Shown here: in pieces, positions 7,011 through 14,446 of the stretch
How positions within the stretch are numbered: position 1 is the stretch's first letter
Layout of the letters: every line of letters begins with the position of its first letter
Assembly: GCA_042219045.1 (NCBI GenBank)
Contig: JBDGQO010000101.1
Location: 1,202-23,123 of the forward strand
DNA from: Candidatus Bipolaricaulia bacterium
GTDB taxonomy: Bacteria; Bipolaricaulota; Bipolaricaulia; RBG-16-55-9
DNA: 21,922 nucleotides
Reading direction: 5' to 3'
Translations under genes and position numbers: made by a program
Notes under the pieces: model-generated
Database searches by the model: none
What the model was told of the DNA's origin: nothing
What the model saw: only the letters and a program-made list of their open reading frames with translations

Positions 7011-9332
7011 ATGCCGAAACGACAGATCGGGCCAGTCCTCGCGCTGGCATGCTTAATGGTGATTGGGGGAAGCGGCGGCCTCCTCAGCGCCGACGCCGGG
7101 TCCCCATCGCCCGAAATCGACGTCGACGCCCTCGTAAGCTCAGCGCTGACCCACTTCGGGTCGGTCGGAGCCCAGCAGGCGAGCGGCACGTTGACCATCG
7201 AGACCGCCACCGTGGCACCCGGCGAGCAGGCGGAGCTTGCGGTGCGCGTGAGCAACGTCGACGATCCGGGCATCTGGAACTATCATCTTCGGATGAGCTT
7301 CGACACGAGCGTCCTGCGCGTGGTCCAAGTCCGACCGGGCGACGCGCCCTTCACCAATCCCCAACTGGCGGAGACGCTCAGGATCGCCAATCAGCGAGGC
7401 GAGCTCAGCTTTTTCCAATTCGTCAGCGAGGATCAAGGCGTCCGCAACGGCGTGCTAGCCCGACTGGTCGTGGAGTCGGTCGGCAACGACGCCGGCCAGA
7501 CGTCGCTGGGCTTGACCCTAGCCAACAACAACTGCGCCTGTGTGGACGTCCAGGACGGCTCGTTCCAAGTGACCGAGCCGCCGGACACGGGCGACGACGA
7601 CAATGACGGGCTCCCGAACGACGACGAGGACGATCGCGGCACGGATCCCACCGACCCCGACACCGACGACGACGGCCTGGACGACGGCGACGAAGTCGAT
7701 CGGGGCACGGATCCCACCGATCCCGACAGCGACTTCGACGGCCTTGATGACGGGGACGAAATCGACCAGGGAACGGACCCGACCAACCCGGACAGTGACG
7801 ACGACGGCCTGACCGACCGCGACGACGTCTGTCCCACGGCGCAGGCGCCGAACATGGACGACGGCTGCCCCGAGGAGGAGGACGTCGGCGGCGATCCGCC
7901 GGTCTTCGGCAACATCCAGGTCTTCCCCACGCCCGAGCCGGCCATGGGCCAGGACCTCGACGACAACGGCGAGATGCGCGGCAGCGTGCTCCGCTTCCGG
8001 AATCTCAACACGGGCGAGATCGTCAACACGGGGCTGTCGGTCTCGGACCGACACGCCGACGTCGATCTCCACAAAGACACCCTCGTGTTCGCCAGCGGCG
8101 ACGGGCAACTCTACGCTTACGATGTCGCCGACCGGACGTCGCGTGATCTGGGCGTGCGGGGGTCGCATCCGTCCGTGCACGGCTCGACCGTGGCCTACGA
8201 AACCTCGGGCTGGATTCGCTATATCAACCTGAGAACGGGCGAATCGATCGATCCCGAGATCCGGGGCACCGAGCCGATCGTCCACGGCAACCGCATCGCG
8301 TATCGCGCGGGCTCGACCCCGACGCTGCGGATCCACAACACGGCCACCGGCTCCGTTCAGGACACGGGCGTCGTCGGCACGCACCCCAGCATCGACGGGG
8401 CCAACGTCGCCCTGGCAACCCGCGAGAGCGACGCTGGCCAGGACCTGAACGGCAACGGCACGACCGACGGCGTGAGCGTCATCCGCGTCCACGATCTGTC
8501 GACGGGGCAGACGGTCAACACGGGCGCGATCGGCCGCTACCCCGTGCTCCACGACAGTCGCGTGGCGTTTGCCACGAGCGAAGCCACGGTCGGGCGCGAC
8601 CTCAACGGCGACGGGGACGTCGTCGGCTCCGTGATCCGCGTCTACGACATGGATGACGACGAGATCGTCAACACGCAGCAGCTCGGCACCGAGCCGGACA
8701 TCCATCAGGGCACGATCTCGGCGTATCGATGGGAGCGCTGGACGGATGAGGACCTCAACCGCGACGGCGACACCTCCGACCCGATCGTGCAAGCGTACGA
8801 GCTGACGGGTTCGGAGCCCGCCACACCGCGCCAGGCGCCGCCGACGTCGGATCGTTCCTCGGCTCCCGAGCAGGCCGGGGATGCCGAGTTGGCCCGCTTT
8901 GACGCCAACGGCAACGGCGTCATCGACGATGCCGAATTCCTGGATGCAATGGATCGCTGGGTCAACGGTGGCATGAGCGACGAGACGTTCTTTGCGCTCA
9001 TGGACGCCTGGGTCAGCGGGACGCGCGTCGCCAGCACCGCGGTCCCGCCCCAGCCGCTCACGACGGACGCGCTGACGGTTTCGACGCAGAACGATCGGAT
9101 CGTCTTCGCCGCTGCCGGCGTGGAGGCCGCGTCGCTGCGCGTCACGGTCTTCAACGCGGGCGGCGAGCGCGTCTTTGCCGAGTCGTCCAACCGAGGCCGG
9201 CTTGCCTGGTCGAGGACGACCGACAACGGCGAGCAGCTGGCGAACGGCGTCTACGTCTACGTCGTCCATCTGACGGACGCGCATGGGCAGACCGTGAAGA
9301 CCGACGTCCGGAAGCTCGCGCTCCTGCGGTAA
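7011..9332 (+). CDS. Secreted modular protein: signal peptide, cohesin-like domain, TSP3-like Ca-binding repeats, beta-propeller-like repeats, dockerin-like EF-hand module, FlgD-Ig/T9SS-CTD-like tail
   Basis: Strong RBS AGGAGGAG and hydrophobic N-terminus. Cohesin-like pattern (VAPGEQAELAVRV...SFDTSVLRVVQV.PG...GVLARL...V.DGSFQV). DxDxDGLxDxDE repeats, GxDLNGxG...NTG repeats, DANGNGVIDDAEF, and a VFNAGGERV...W...DNG..LANGVYVY...RKLALLR terminus. Gene call firm; domain calls are by eye. Confidence 0.85.
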   Translation: MPKRQIGPVLALACLMVIGGSGGLLSADAGSPSPEIDVDALVSSALTHFGSVGAQQASGTLTIETATVAPGEQAELAVRVSNVDDPGIWNYHLRMSFDTSVLRVVQVRPGDAPFTNPQLAETLRIANQRGELSFFQFVSEDQGVRNGVLARLVVESVGNDAGQTSLGLTLANNNCACVDVQDGSFQVTEPPDTGDDDNDGLPNDDEDDRGTDPTDPDTDDDGLDDGDEVDRGTDPTDPDSDFDGLDDGDEIDQGTDPTNPDSDDDGLTDRDDVCPTAQAPNMDDGCPEEEDVGGDPPVFGNIQVFPTPEPAMGQDLDDNGEMRGSVLRFRNLNTGEIVNTGLSVSDRHADVDLHKDTLVFASGDGQLYAYDVADRTSRDLGVRGSHPSVHGSTVAYETSGWIRYINLRTGESIDPEIRGTEPIVHGNRIAYRAGSTPTLRIHNTATGSVQDTGVVGTHPSIDGANVALATRESDAGQDLNGNGTTDGVSVIRVHDLSTGQTVNTGAIGRYPVLHDSRVAFATSEATVGRDLNGDGDVVGSVIRVYDMDDDEIVNTQQLGTEPDIHQGTISAYRWERWTDEDLNRDGDTSDPIVQAYELTGSEPATPRQAPPTSDRSSAPEQAGDAELARFDANGNGVIDDAEFLDAMDRWVNGGMSDETFFALMDAWVSGTRVASTAVPPQPLTTDALTVSTQNDRIVFAAAGVEAASLRVTVFNAGGERVFAESSNRGRLAWSRTTDNGEQLANGVYVYVVHLTDAHGQTVKTDVRKLALLR
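7590..7830 (+). repeat. 66-bp (22-aa) coding tandem repeat, bacterial TSP3-like calcium-binding
   Basis: GG(C/A)ACGGA(T/C)CC(C/G)ACC units at 7638, 7704 and 7770 (exact 66-nt period), encoding DxDxDGLxDxDExxxGTDPTxP. Confidence 0.9.
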
Positions 9333-9388
9333 CGCACGCTCGAGCCGAGTGATCGCGTTCAGCGTTGGATCATGCGGCAAGCGAGGAC

Positions 9389-9421
9389 CAACGGCCCGAG
9401 GGGGGGTCCCTCGGGCCGTTG
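9389..9421. terminator. Perfect 14-bp hairpin between convergent genes
   Basis: CAACGGCCCGAGGG-ggggt-CCCTCGGGCCGTTG with only a weak U-tract (TCGTTT on the + strand). Confidence 0.7.
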
Positions 9422-9431
9422 TCGTTTGGCG

Positions 9432-10484
9432 TCAGTGGGGCGCGATCGTGATGAATCGGGTGGAGGTCGCCCCACTGTCGCAGTCCTGGGTCCGCAGCAC
9501 GAACGTCTGCGGCCTCGATGCGTATCGGCCCAGTCGGTCCTGAACGGACGCCAGTGCCTGGGGGGAACACGCCTGGGTCAGGACCGGTTGGCCGTCCAGG
9601 TCGAAGACCCGGATCGAACGTCGTGGCGCGGAAGCGTCCGACGCCTGGAGCTGCCTCCCCTGTGCCCAAGCGTCGAGAAGACGATGGAACGTTCGGGTGC
9701 TCAGCTGATCAACCACCCAACGATCGAGAATCGCCATGAATTCGGCGTCGTCAATGACGCCGTTGCCGTTGGCATCGTAGTCGGCCAAGGGGTCATCCGC
9801 CCTTGACGGCGCGGATCGGGGGTTGGCCGTGGAGGCGCCGAGATCGTAGATCTGGCGCAGGGCGGCCACGTCGGCCGACGTTGGCGAATGACGGGCGCCC
9901 ATGCGGCACAGCTGCTCGCGCATGACGCTCATGCCGCAGCTGTCCGGCCGAGCCGCAACGTGGCCCAGTCCGAGGGCGTGGCCCATCTCGTGGAGCACGA
10001 CGTTGTAGACGACGGATCGACCGCCGTCGGAGGCACTTTGGATGTCGTCGGCCAATCGGGTCCGGGAGAGCTGGATGTCGTGCTCAAGCAAGCGGGCGCC
10101 GGAGCCGCTTGCGAGGCTCAGGTGCGAGCCGAGGCGCTGGCCCTCCAGCGCGCTAACCGCGTAGATGGCGTTGTGCCGATCCGGAAACGTCGAGTCGGTA
10201 CAGCCCGTGAGCTGAACGGCGATCAGCGGGCGCTCCGCCGCGCGGTTCCAGGCTCGGGCGGCCGCTTGGGCGGCTTGGGGGATGAGTCGGGCCAGTTGGG
10301 AGGCCGCGCACTGGGGCACGTCGAAGGTGACGACGCCTCGATCGGCGTACAGGCGCCAGTTCGCCTTGAGCGGCACGTGGTCGCTCGCGGTCGTCGTCTG
10401 CCCGGTGGCGTTGCCGAGCGCCGTTGCGCTCAGACAGAGCAGAAGGGTGATGATGGCCGTGACGCCCCGCCGTGTCCGTGCCAT
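9432..10484 (-). CDS. Secreted matrixin-like (metzincin) zinc metalloprotease with dockerin-like module and degenerate C-terminal sorting-like domain
   Basis: Signal peptide MARTRRGVTAIITLLLCLSATALG, AARAWN, HEMGHALGLGH, Met-turn SVM, P...DV.ALRQIY, DANGNGVIDDAEF and IRVFDLDGQPV. Confidence 0.88.
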   Translation of the reverse strand: MARTRRGVTAIITLLLCLSATALGNATGQTTTASDHVPLKANWRLYADRGVVTFDVPQCAASQLARLIPQAAQAAARAWNRAAERPLIAVQLTGCTDSTFPDRHNAIYAVSALEGQRLGSHLSLASGSGARLLEHDIQLSRTRLADDIQSASDGGRSVVYNVVLHEMGHALGLGHVAARPDSCGMSVMREQLCRMGARHSPTSADVAALRQIYDLGASTANPRSAPSRADDPLADYDANGNGVIDDAEFMAILDRWVVDQLSTRTFHRLLDAWAQGRQLQASDASAPRRSIRVFDLDGQPVLTQACSPQALASVQDRLGRYASRPQTFVLRTQDCDSGATSTRFITIAPH

Positions 10485-10683
10485 GCTGCCCAAAGGTTAA
10501 GCAGCTCGGGGACGTCGGTCTGTAATGCAGATCTCACCGATCACTTGGGCTAGAGACAGGCGTCCATCTGGCGCCAATCAACTGCGGCTGGCTCGATCGC
10601 TCTAGAGACAGCGTGTTGCTGAGAGGCACTCGGTTCTGGCAGTTGGCGGGAATGGATAATCCGCGACGTATGTCCCGGTGGGC

Positions 10684-10725
10684 AATAAAAGGGTCGAGGC
10701 GCCGACGCTGAGGCCGACGCCTCGA
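10684..10725 (-). terminator. Intrinsic terminator of hup
   Basis: On the minus strand, stem TCGAGGCGTCGG/TCGGCGCCTCGA (two G-U pairs that form only on this strand) followed by CCCTTTTATT. Confidence 0.75.
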
Positions 10726-10770
10726 TCATGATGAACTCGTCGTCGCGCTGATCTCGTTGGGGGTCGCGGA

Positions 10771-11040
10771 TCAGAGCGCGTCTTTGAACCCTTTGCCCGG
10801 TCGGAACTTCGGCACCGTCTTGGCCGGAACCTTCATCTGCTTGCCCGTCTGCGGATTGATCCGCTGGGTCGCCTTCTGCTTGCGCGGCTCGAAGGTGCCG
10901 AACCCGGTAAAGGTGACTTTGTCGTTCTTGGCGCAGGTGTCGACGATCAGGTCCAAGGCAGCGTCAAGCGCCTCGCGGGCGTCCTTCTTGGACATGTTCG
11001 TCTTTTTGGCCAAGTGGTCGACAAACTCGGCCTTGTTCAT
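10771..11040 (-). CDS. hup: DNA-binding protein HU
   Basis: MNKAEFVDHLA, GFGTFE, INPQTG..MKVPAKTVPKFRPGK; strong RBS upstream. Confidence 0.97.
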   Translation of the reverse strand: MNKAEFVDHLAKKTNMSKKDAREALDAALDLIVDTCAKNDKVTFTGFGTFEPRKQKATQRINPQTGKQMKVPAKTVPKFRPGKGFKDAL

Positions 11041-11075
11041 CTCCTACCCCTCCTCCTTAAGGCTGAATTGGCGCA

Positions 11076-11104
11076 ATTATAGGCCAATTTGGACGCTGAG
11101 TCAA
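11076..11104 (-). promoter_or_regulatory. Near-consensus sigma70 promoter of hup
   Basis: TTGACT-17 nt-TATAAT on the minus strand. Confidence 0.85.
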
Positions 11105-11114
11105 GATGTTCGGC

Positions 11115-11330
11115 TTAGGCTGGCGAGTGTGCCTCTTGGGGGACTGACCAAAGTTCCATTTCGCCGCACTGTAAGCAGCGGAACGTGTAGAAGTATTCCG
11201 CGTCCGAATTCCCCGCCAGCTCGCGGGGGGCCTCGTGAGTCGGCTTGCGATAGAGGCGCCCCACGTTCTCGCAGCGGGGGCAGTAGAGCGTCGTCAGAAT
11301 CGTCTTTTCCGGAATTCGGGTCAACGGCAT
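11115..11330 (-). CDS. Small (71 aa) putative zinc-ribbon protein
   Basis: CPRC...CLQCG pairs, GAGGTG RBS upstream of ATG 11330, TATACT at 11352-11357; fills the gap between hup and nfi. Confidence 0.7.
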   Translation of the reverse strand: MPLTRIPEKTILTTLYCPRCENVGRLYRKPTHEAPRELAGNSDAEYFYTFRCLQCGEMELWSVPQEAHSPA

Positions 11331-11419
11331 CGCAACAATCACCTCGCGGCGAGTATAGCGCACGAGGGCGGTCCGTGCCGCCTTGATGGCCGTTGAACAT
11401 GGGGCCTAGAATACGCGCC

Positions 11420-12439
11420 ATGGGACGCCCCTCCGTGGAAGTGCCCGATCTCTGCCGAGCCACATGGGAACTCATCCGGCAGGTGCCAGCGGGCCAAGTG
11501 ACCACGTATCGGGCCGTCGCGCAGGCGCTCGGCGACGAGCTGGCCAGCCGGGCCGTGGGCCGGATCGTCGCGGAAGCCGATCCAAGCTCCTCCCTGCCCA
11601 CGCATCGCGTGGTTCACAGCGATGGGCGTGTGGGAGGCGACGGAGCGGACGCCGCCTCCGAGCGGCTCCAAGCGGAAGGTGTCCCCGTTCGCGAGGGGCG
11701 AGTCGTCGGCGTCCGTGACTCCCTCTTTGCAGATTTCGCCACGGACGCCCCGCTGAAGCGCCTGCAGGCCCTGCAAGACGAGCTGGCGGCGCATGTTGAC
11801 CGGACCCTGAGCATAAGCCGCATCGAAACAGTGGCCGGCGTCGATCTGTCCTATCGGGGCAACTGGCGCGGCGTCGGCGCGTACGTGCGGATGGACGCCG
11901 AAGGAGAGCGCGTCCAGGCCACGATGACGATCGAACAGACGACCCCTTTCCCCTACATTCCGACGTATCTGGCGTTTCGCGAGCTGCCCGTCTTGCTCGC
12001 TTTGCTCGATGCCGTCCGGGACAGGAGCCAAATGGCCGATGTGGTGCTCGTCGACGGGACCGGGCTGCTGCATCATCGCCACGTGGGCATCGCCTCCCAC
12101 TTGGGCGTCGTCATGGACGTGCCGACGGTCGGGGTCACGAAGCGGCTGCTGTACGGCACGGTCGAGACCGACGGCATGGCGGTGAGGGAGGTCCGCTGGG
12201 TGATGGACTCCGACCGTCCCGAGCAACGCCTAGGCGCAGCGATCAAGACGTCCGCGCGAGCGCATCCGATCTACGTCTCCGTTGGGCATCGCGTTGACCT
12301 GGACACGGCGGTCGACTTGGTGCTGGCCTCCTCGTCGCGGAAGCTGCCGGAGCCGATTCGACGGGCGGACGCGCTCAGCCGCGAGGCCGCGCGTGAGCCG
12401 ACTCCAGCATCAACGAGGCAGCAAGCGTTGGATCTTTGA
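11420..12439 (+). CDS. nfi: Fusion of alkyltransferase-like (MGMT/ATL) domain and endonuclease V
   Basis: N-terminal VP.GQVTTY..VA.ALG...ASRAVG...PTHRVV.SDG. C-terminal AGVDLSY, FPYIP.YLAFRE, VLVDG.G..H...GIASHLG, PIYVSVGH, LPEPIR.AD. ATG 11420 is 7 nt after TAGAAT. Confidence 0.92.
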   Translation: MGRPSVEVPDLCRATWELIRQVPAGQVTTYRAVAQALGDELASRAVGRIVAEADPSSSLPTHRVVHSDGRVGGDGADAASERLQAEGVPVREGRVVGVRDSLFADFATDAPLKRLQALQDELAAHVDRTLSISRIETVAGVDLSYRGNWRGVGAYVRMDAEGERVQATMTIEQTTPFPYIPTYLAFRELPVLLALLDAVRDRSQMADVVLVDGTGLLHHRHVGIASHLGVVMDVPTVGVTKRLLYGTVETDGMAVREVRWVMDSDRPEQRLGAAIKTSARAHPIYVSVGHRVDLDTAVDLVLASSSRKLPEPIRRADALSREAAREPTPASTRQQALDL

Positions 12440-12456
12440 CGGAAGGAGGCATGGAC

Positions 12457-13023
12457 ATGGACCGAGACGCCGCGATGGCCATCCTGCAAGCGCACACGAA
12501 GAACGAAAACCTCGTCAAGCACATGCTCTGCGTGGAGGCGGCCATGCGGGCCTACGCGCGCAAGTACGGGGACGACGAGGCGAAATGGGGCGTCGTCGGG
12601 TTGCTCCACGACTTCGACTACGAACTGCACCCGAATCAGGAGCAGAAGCCGGACGAGGGGCACCCGTCCTGGGGAGTCCGGCTGTTGCGCGAGAAGGGCT
12701 ATCCCGAGGACGTCTGCGAGGCGATCCTGGCTCACGCGCCGTACACGGGGGCCCCGCGTGAAACCCTCATGGCGAAGACGCTCTACGCGGTCGACGAATT
12801 GACGGGCTTGATCGTCGCGACGGCGTTGGTCAGGCCCAACAAGTCGCTCGACGAGGTCGACGTTGAGGCCGTCAAGCGCAAGTGGAAGGACAAATCGTTC
12901 GCCAAGGGCGTCCACCGCGAACAGATCGAAGAGGGCGCCGAGGAGCTTGGCGAGCCCGTCGACGACCTCGTGCAGACGACGCTCGATGCGATGCGGGGCA
13001 TTTCGGACGACCTCGGGCTCTAG
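12457..13023 (+). CDS. HDIG/HD-superfamily metal-dependent hydrolase
   Basis: KHMLCVEAAMR...WG.VGLLHDFDYE...H...AILAH...LYAVDELTGLI.A.ALVRP; AGGAGG 7 nt before ATG 12457. Confidence 0.88.
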   Translation: MDRDAAMAILQAHTKNENLVKHMLCVEAAMRAYARKYGDDEAKWGVVGLLHDFDYELHPNQEQKPDEGHPSWGVRLLREKGYPEDVCEAILAHAPYTGAPRETLMAKTLYAVDELTGLIVATALVRPNKSLDEVDVEAVKRKWKDKSFAKGVHREQIEEGAEELGEPVDDLVQTTLDAMRGISDDLGL

Positions 13024-13916
13024 TCTGAGGCGGCCAGGACGCGACCCAGCCGCGAACTCAGGGCTCGGCTCACGTGTGGCTCGATCCCCCGAGCCGCGTT
13101 GACGAGGGCGGCTCCGTCGACGGCCACGTCAGCCCCGGACGCCTGGAGCGCGTAGCCGAGATCCTCGGTGGCGACGTTGCCGGCCGCACCCGGCGCGAAC
13201 GGGCACCCGCCCAAACCGCCCGCGGAGCTGTCGAAGCGCGCAATGCCGTAGTCCTCCCAAGCCGCCAGCGCGTTGGCGACGGCCATGCCGTAGGTGTCGT
13301 GGAAGTGCAGCACCAGACGGTCCGAGTTCAGCGTCTCCATGAGGACGTCAAGCAGGGCTCGGACCTCAGGCGGCGAGGCTTTCCCAATGGTGTCGCCGAT
13401 CGAGACCTCGTCGACGCCGAGTTCCAGGAGCTGCTCAACCACGGGCACGACCCGATTGGGATCGACCTTGCCCTCGTAGGGACAATGGAACGCCGTCGAG
13501 ACGTAGCCGCGCACGGGCAACCTTTGCGATTGGGCTTGGGTGAGCACGGGGCGGAATCGCTCGAGGGATTCGGCGATGGAGGCGTTGATGTTCGTCCGAT
13601 TGAAGGTTTCCGAGGCGGCCGTGAAGACCGCGATCTTGTCGACGCCCGCGTCGAGGGCTCGCTCGAGGCCCTTCTCGTTCGGCACCAGCGCGGAATAGAC
13701 GACGCCCGCGGGTCGCTCCAGTTGGCTGAACACGTCGGCGGCGTCGGCCAGTTGCGGGACCCACTTGGGATGGACGAAGCCCGACACCTCGATCTCGTCC
13801 ACGCCCGAGGCCCCCAATGCGTTCACGAACGCGACTTTGGCCTCGGTCGGGATGACCTCGGACTCGTTCTGTAGCCCATCGCGCGGCCCGACCTCGGTAA
13901 CCCGAATCCGGCTCAT
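13020..13916 (-). CDS. Hydroxymethylglutaryl-CoA lyase (LiuE/HmgL)
   Basis: EVGPRDGLQNE, ALVPN.KG, GDTIG, HFHDTYG, GLGGCPFAPGAAGNVATED. Confidence 0.95.
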   Translation of the reverse strand: MSRIRVTEVGPRDGLQNESEVIPTEAKVAFVNALGASGVDEIEVSGFVHPKWVPQLADAADVFSQLERPAGVVYSALVPNEKGLERALDAGVDKIAVFTAASETFNRTNINASIAESLERFRPVLTQAQSQRLPVRGYVSTAFHCPYEGKVDPNRVVPVVEQLLELGVDEVSIGDTIGKASPPEVRALLDVLMETLNSDRLVLHFHDTYGMAVANALAAWEDYGIARFDSSAGGLGGCPFAPGAAGNVATEDLGYALQASGADVAVDGAALVNAARGIEPHVSRALSSRLGRVLAASD

Positions 13917-14446
13917 GTCGCCTCCTCGCCCTCAAGCGCGCGGAGGTCGAAAAGCGGCTGATCGAGGTCGACGTTCTGGCCCGCCTCGGCCTCGACGCGC
14001 TCGACAACGGCGTCGCCGGGGGCCTCAATGCGGTACTCCATCTTCATGGCCTCCAGAACGCCCAACAATTGGCCCTCGGCAACCTCGTCGCCCTCGGCGG
14101 CGCGCACGTCGACGAGCACCCCCGTCATGGGCGCCCGCACGGCAAGCTCGTCGGCGGCGGAATCCGCCGCGACGTGGTCCTCCCGCTCAAACGCGAAGAA
14201 CGCCGTCCGGCCGTCGCAGCTGGCCCAGATCCCTTCCGGCGTCTGGACGGCCGCGCAACGCTTCGTGCCGTGCGGCGTCTGGACAAGAATCTCCGCGCCC
14301 CGGCGCGCGATGTCGGCATCCACGTGGGGCAGGGCGTCGTCGTCGCGCGTGCCGGTCAGTCGAACCGACCCGTCGCCGTGATCCTGGAGACGGAGTTCGT
14401 AGCGCGCGTTGCCGCGCCGCAGCCTCAACGTCCGTCGCCCCGCCAT
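13913..14446 (-). CDS. Biotin carboxyl carrier subunit with N-terminal BT-like region
   Basis: APMTG...V.EGQ...VLEAMKMEY biotinylation motif. ATG 14446 overlaps the upstream TGA (TGATG); its stop overlaps the HMG-CoA lyase start. Confidence 0.88.
   Translation of the reverse strand: MAGRRTLRLRRGNARYELRLQDHGDGSVRLTGTRDDDALPHVDADIARRGAEILVQTPHGTKRCAAVQTPEGIWASCDGRTAFFAFEREDHVAADSAADELAVRAPMTGVLVDVRAAEGDEVAEGQLLGVLEAMKMEYRIEAPGDAVVERVEAEAGQNVDLDQPLFDLRALEGEEAT

Noticed and set aside
7590..7830. 66-bp periodic repeat with CRISPR-like period
   Set aside because: In frame within a CDS, varying largely at codon level, with no unique spacers.
8901..9776. ~39-bp DNA inverted repeat between 8901 and 9776 as transposon ends or an invertible segment
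   Set aside because: Explained by the shared protein module in convergent genes; differences are synonymous and no recombinase is nearby.
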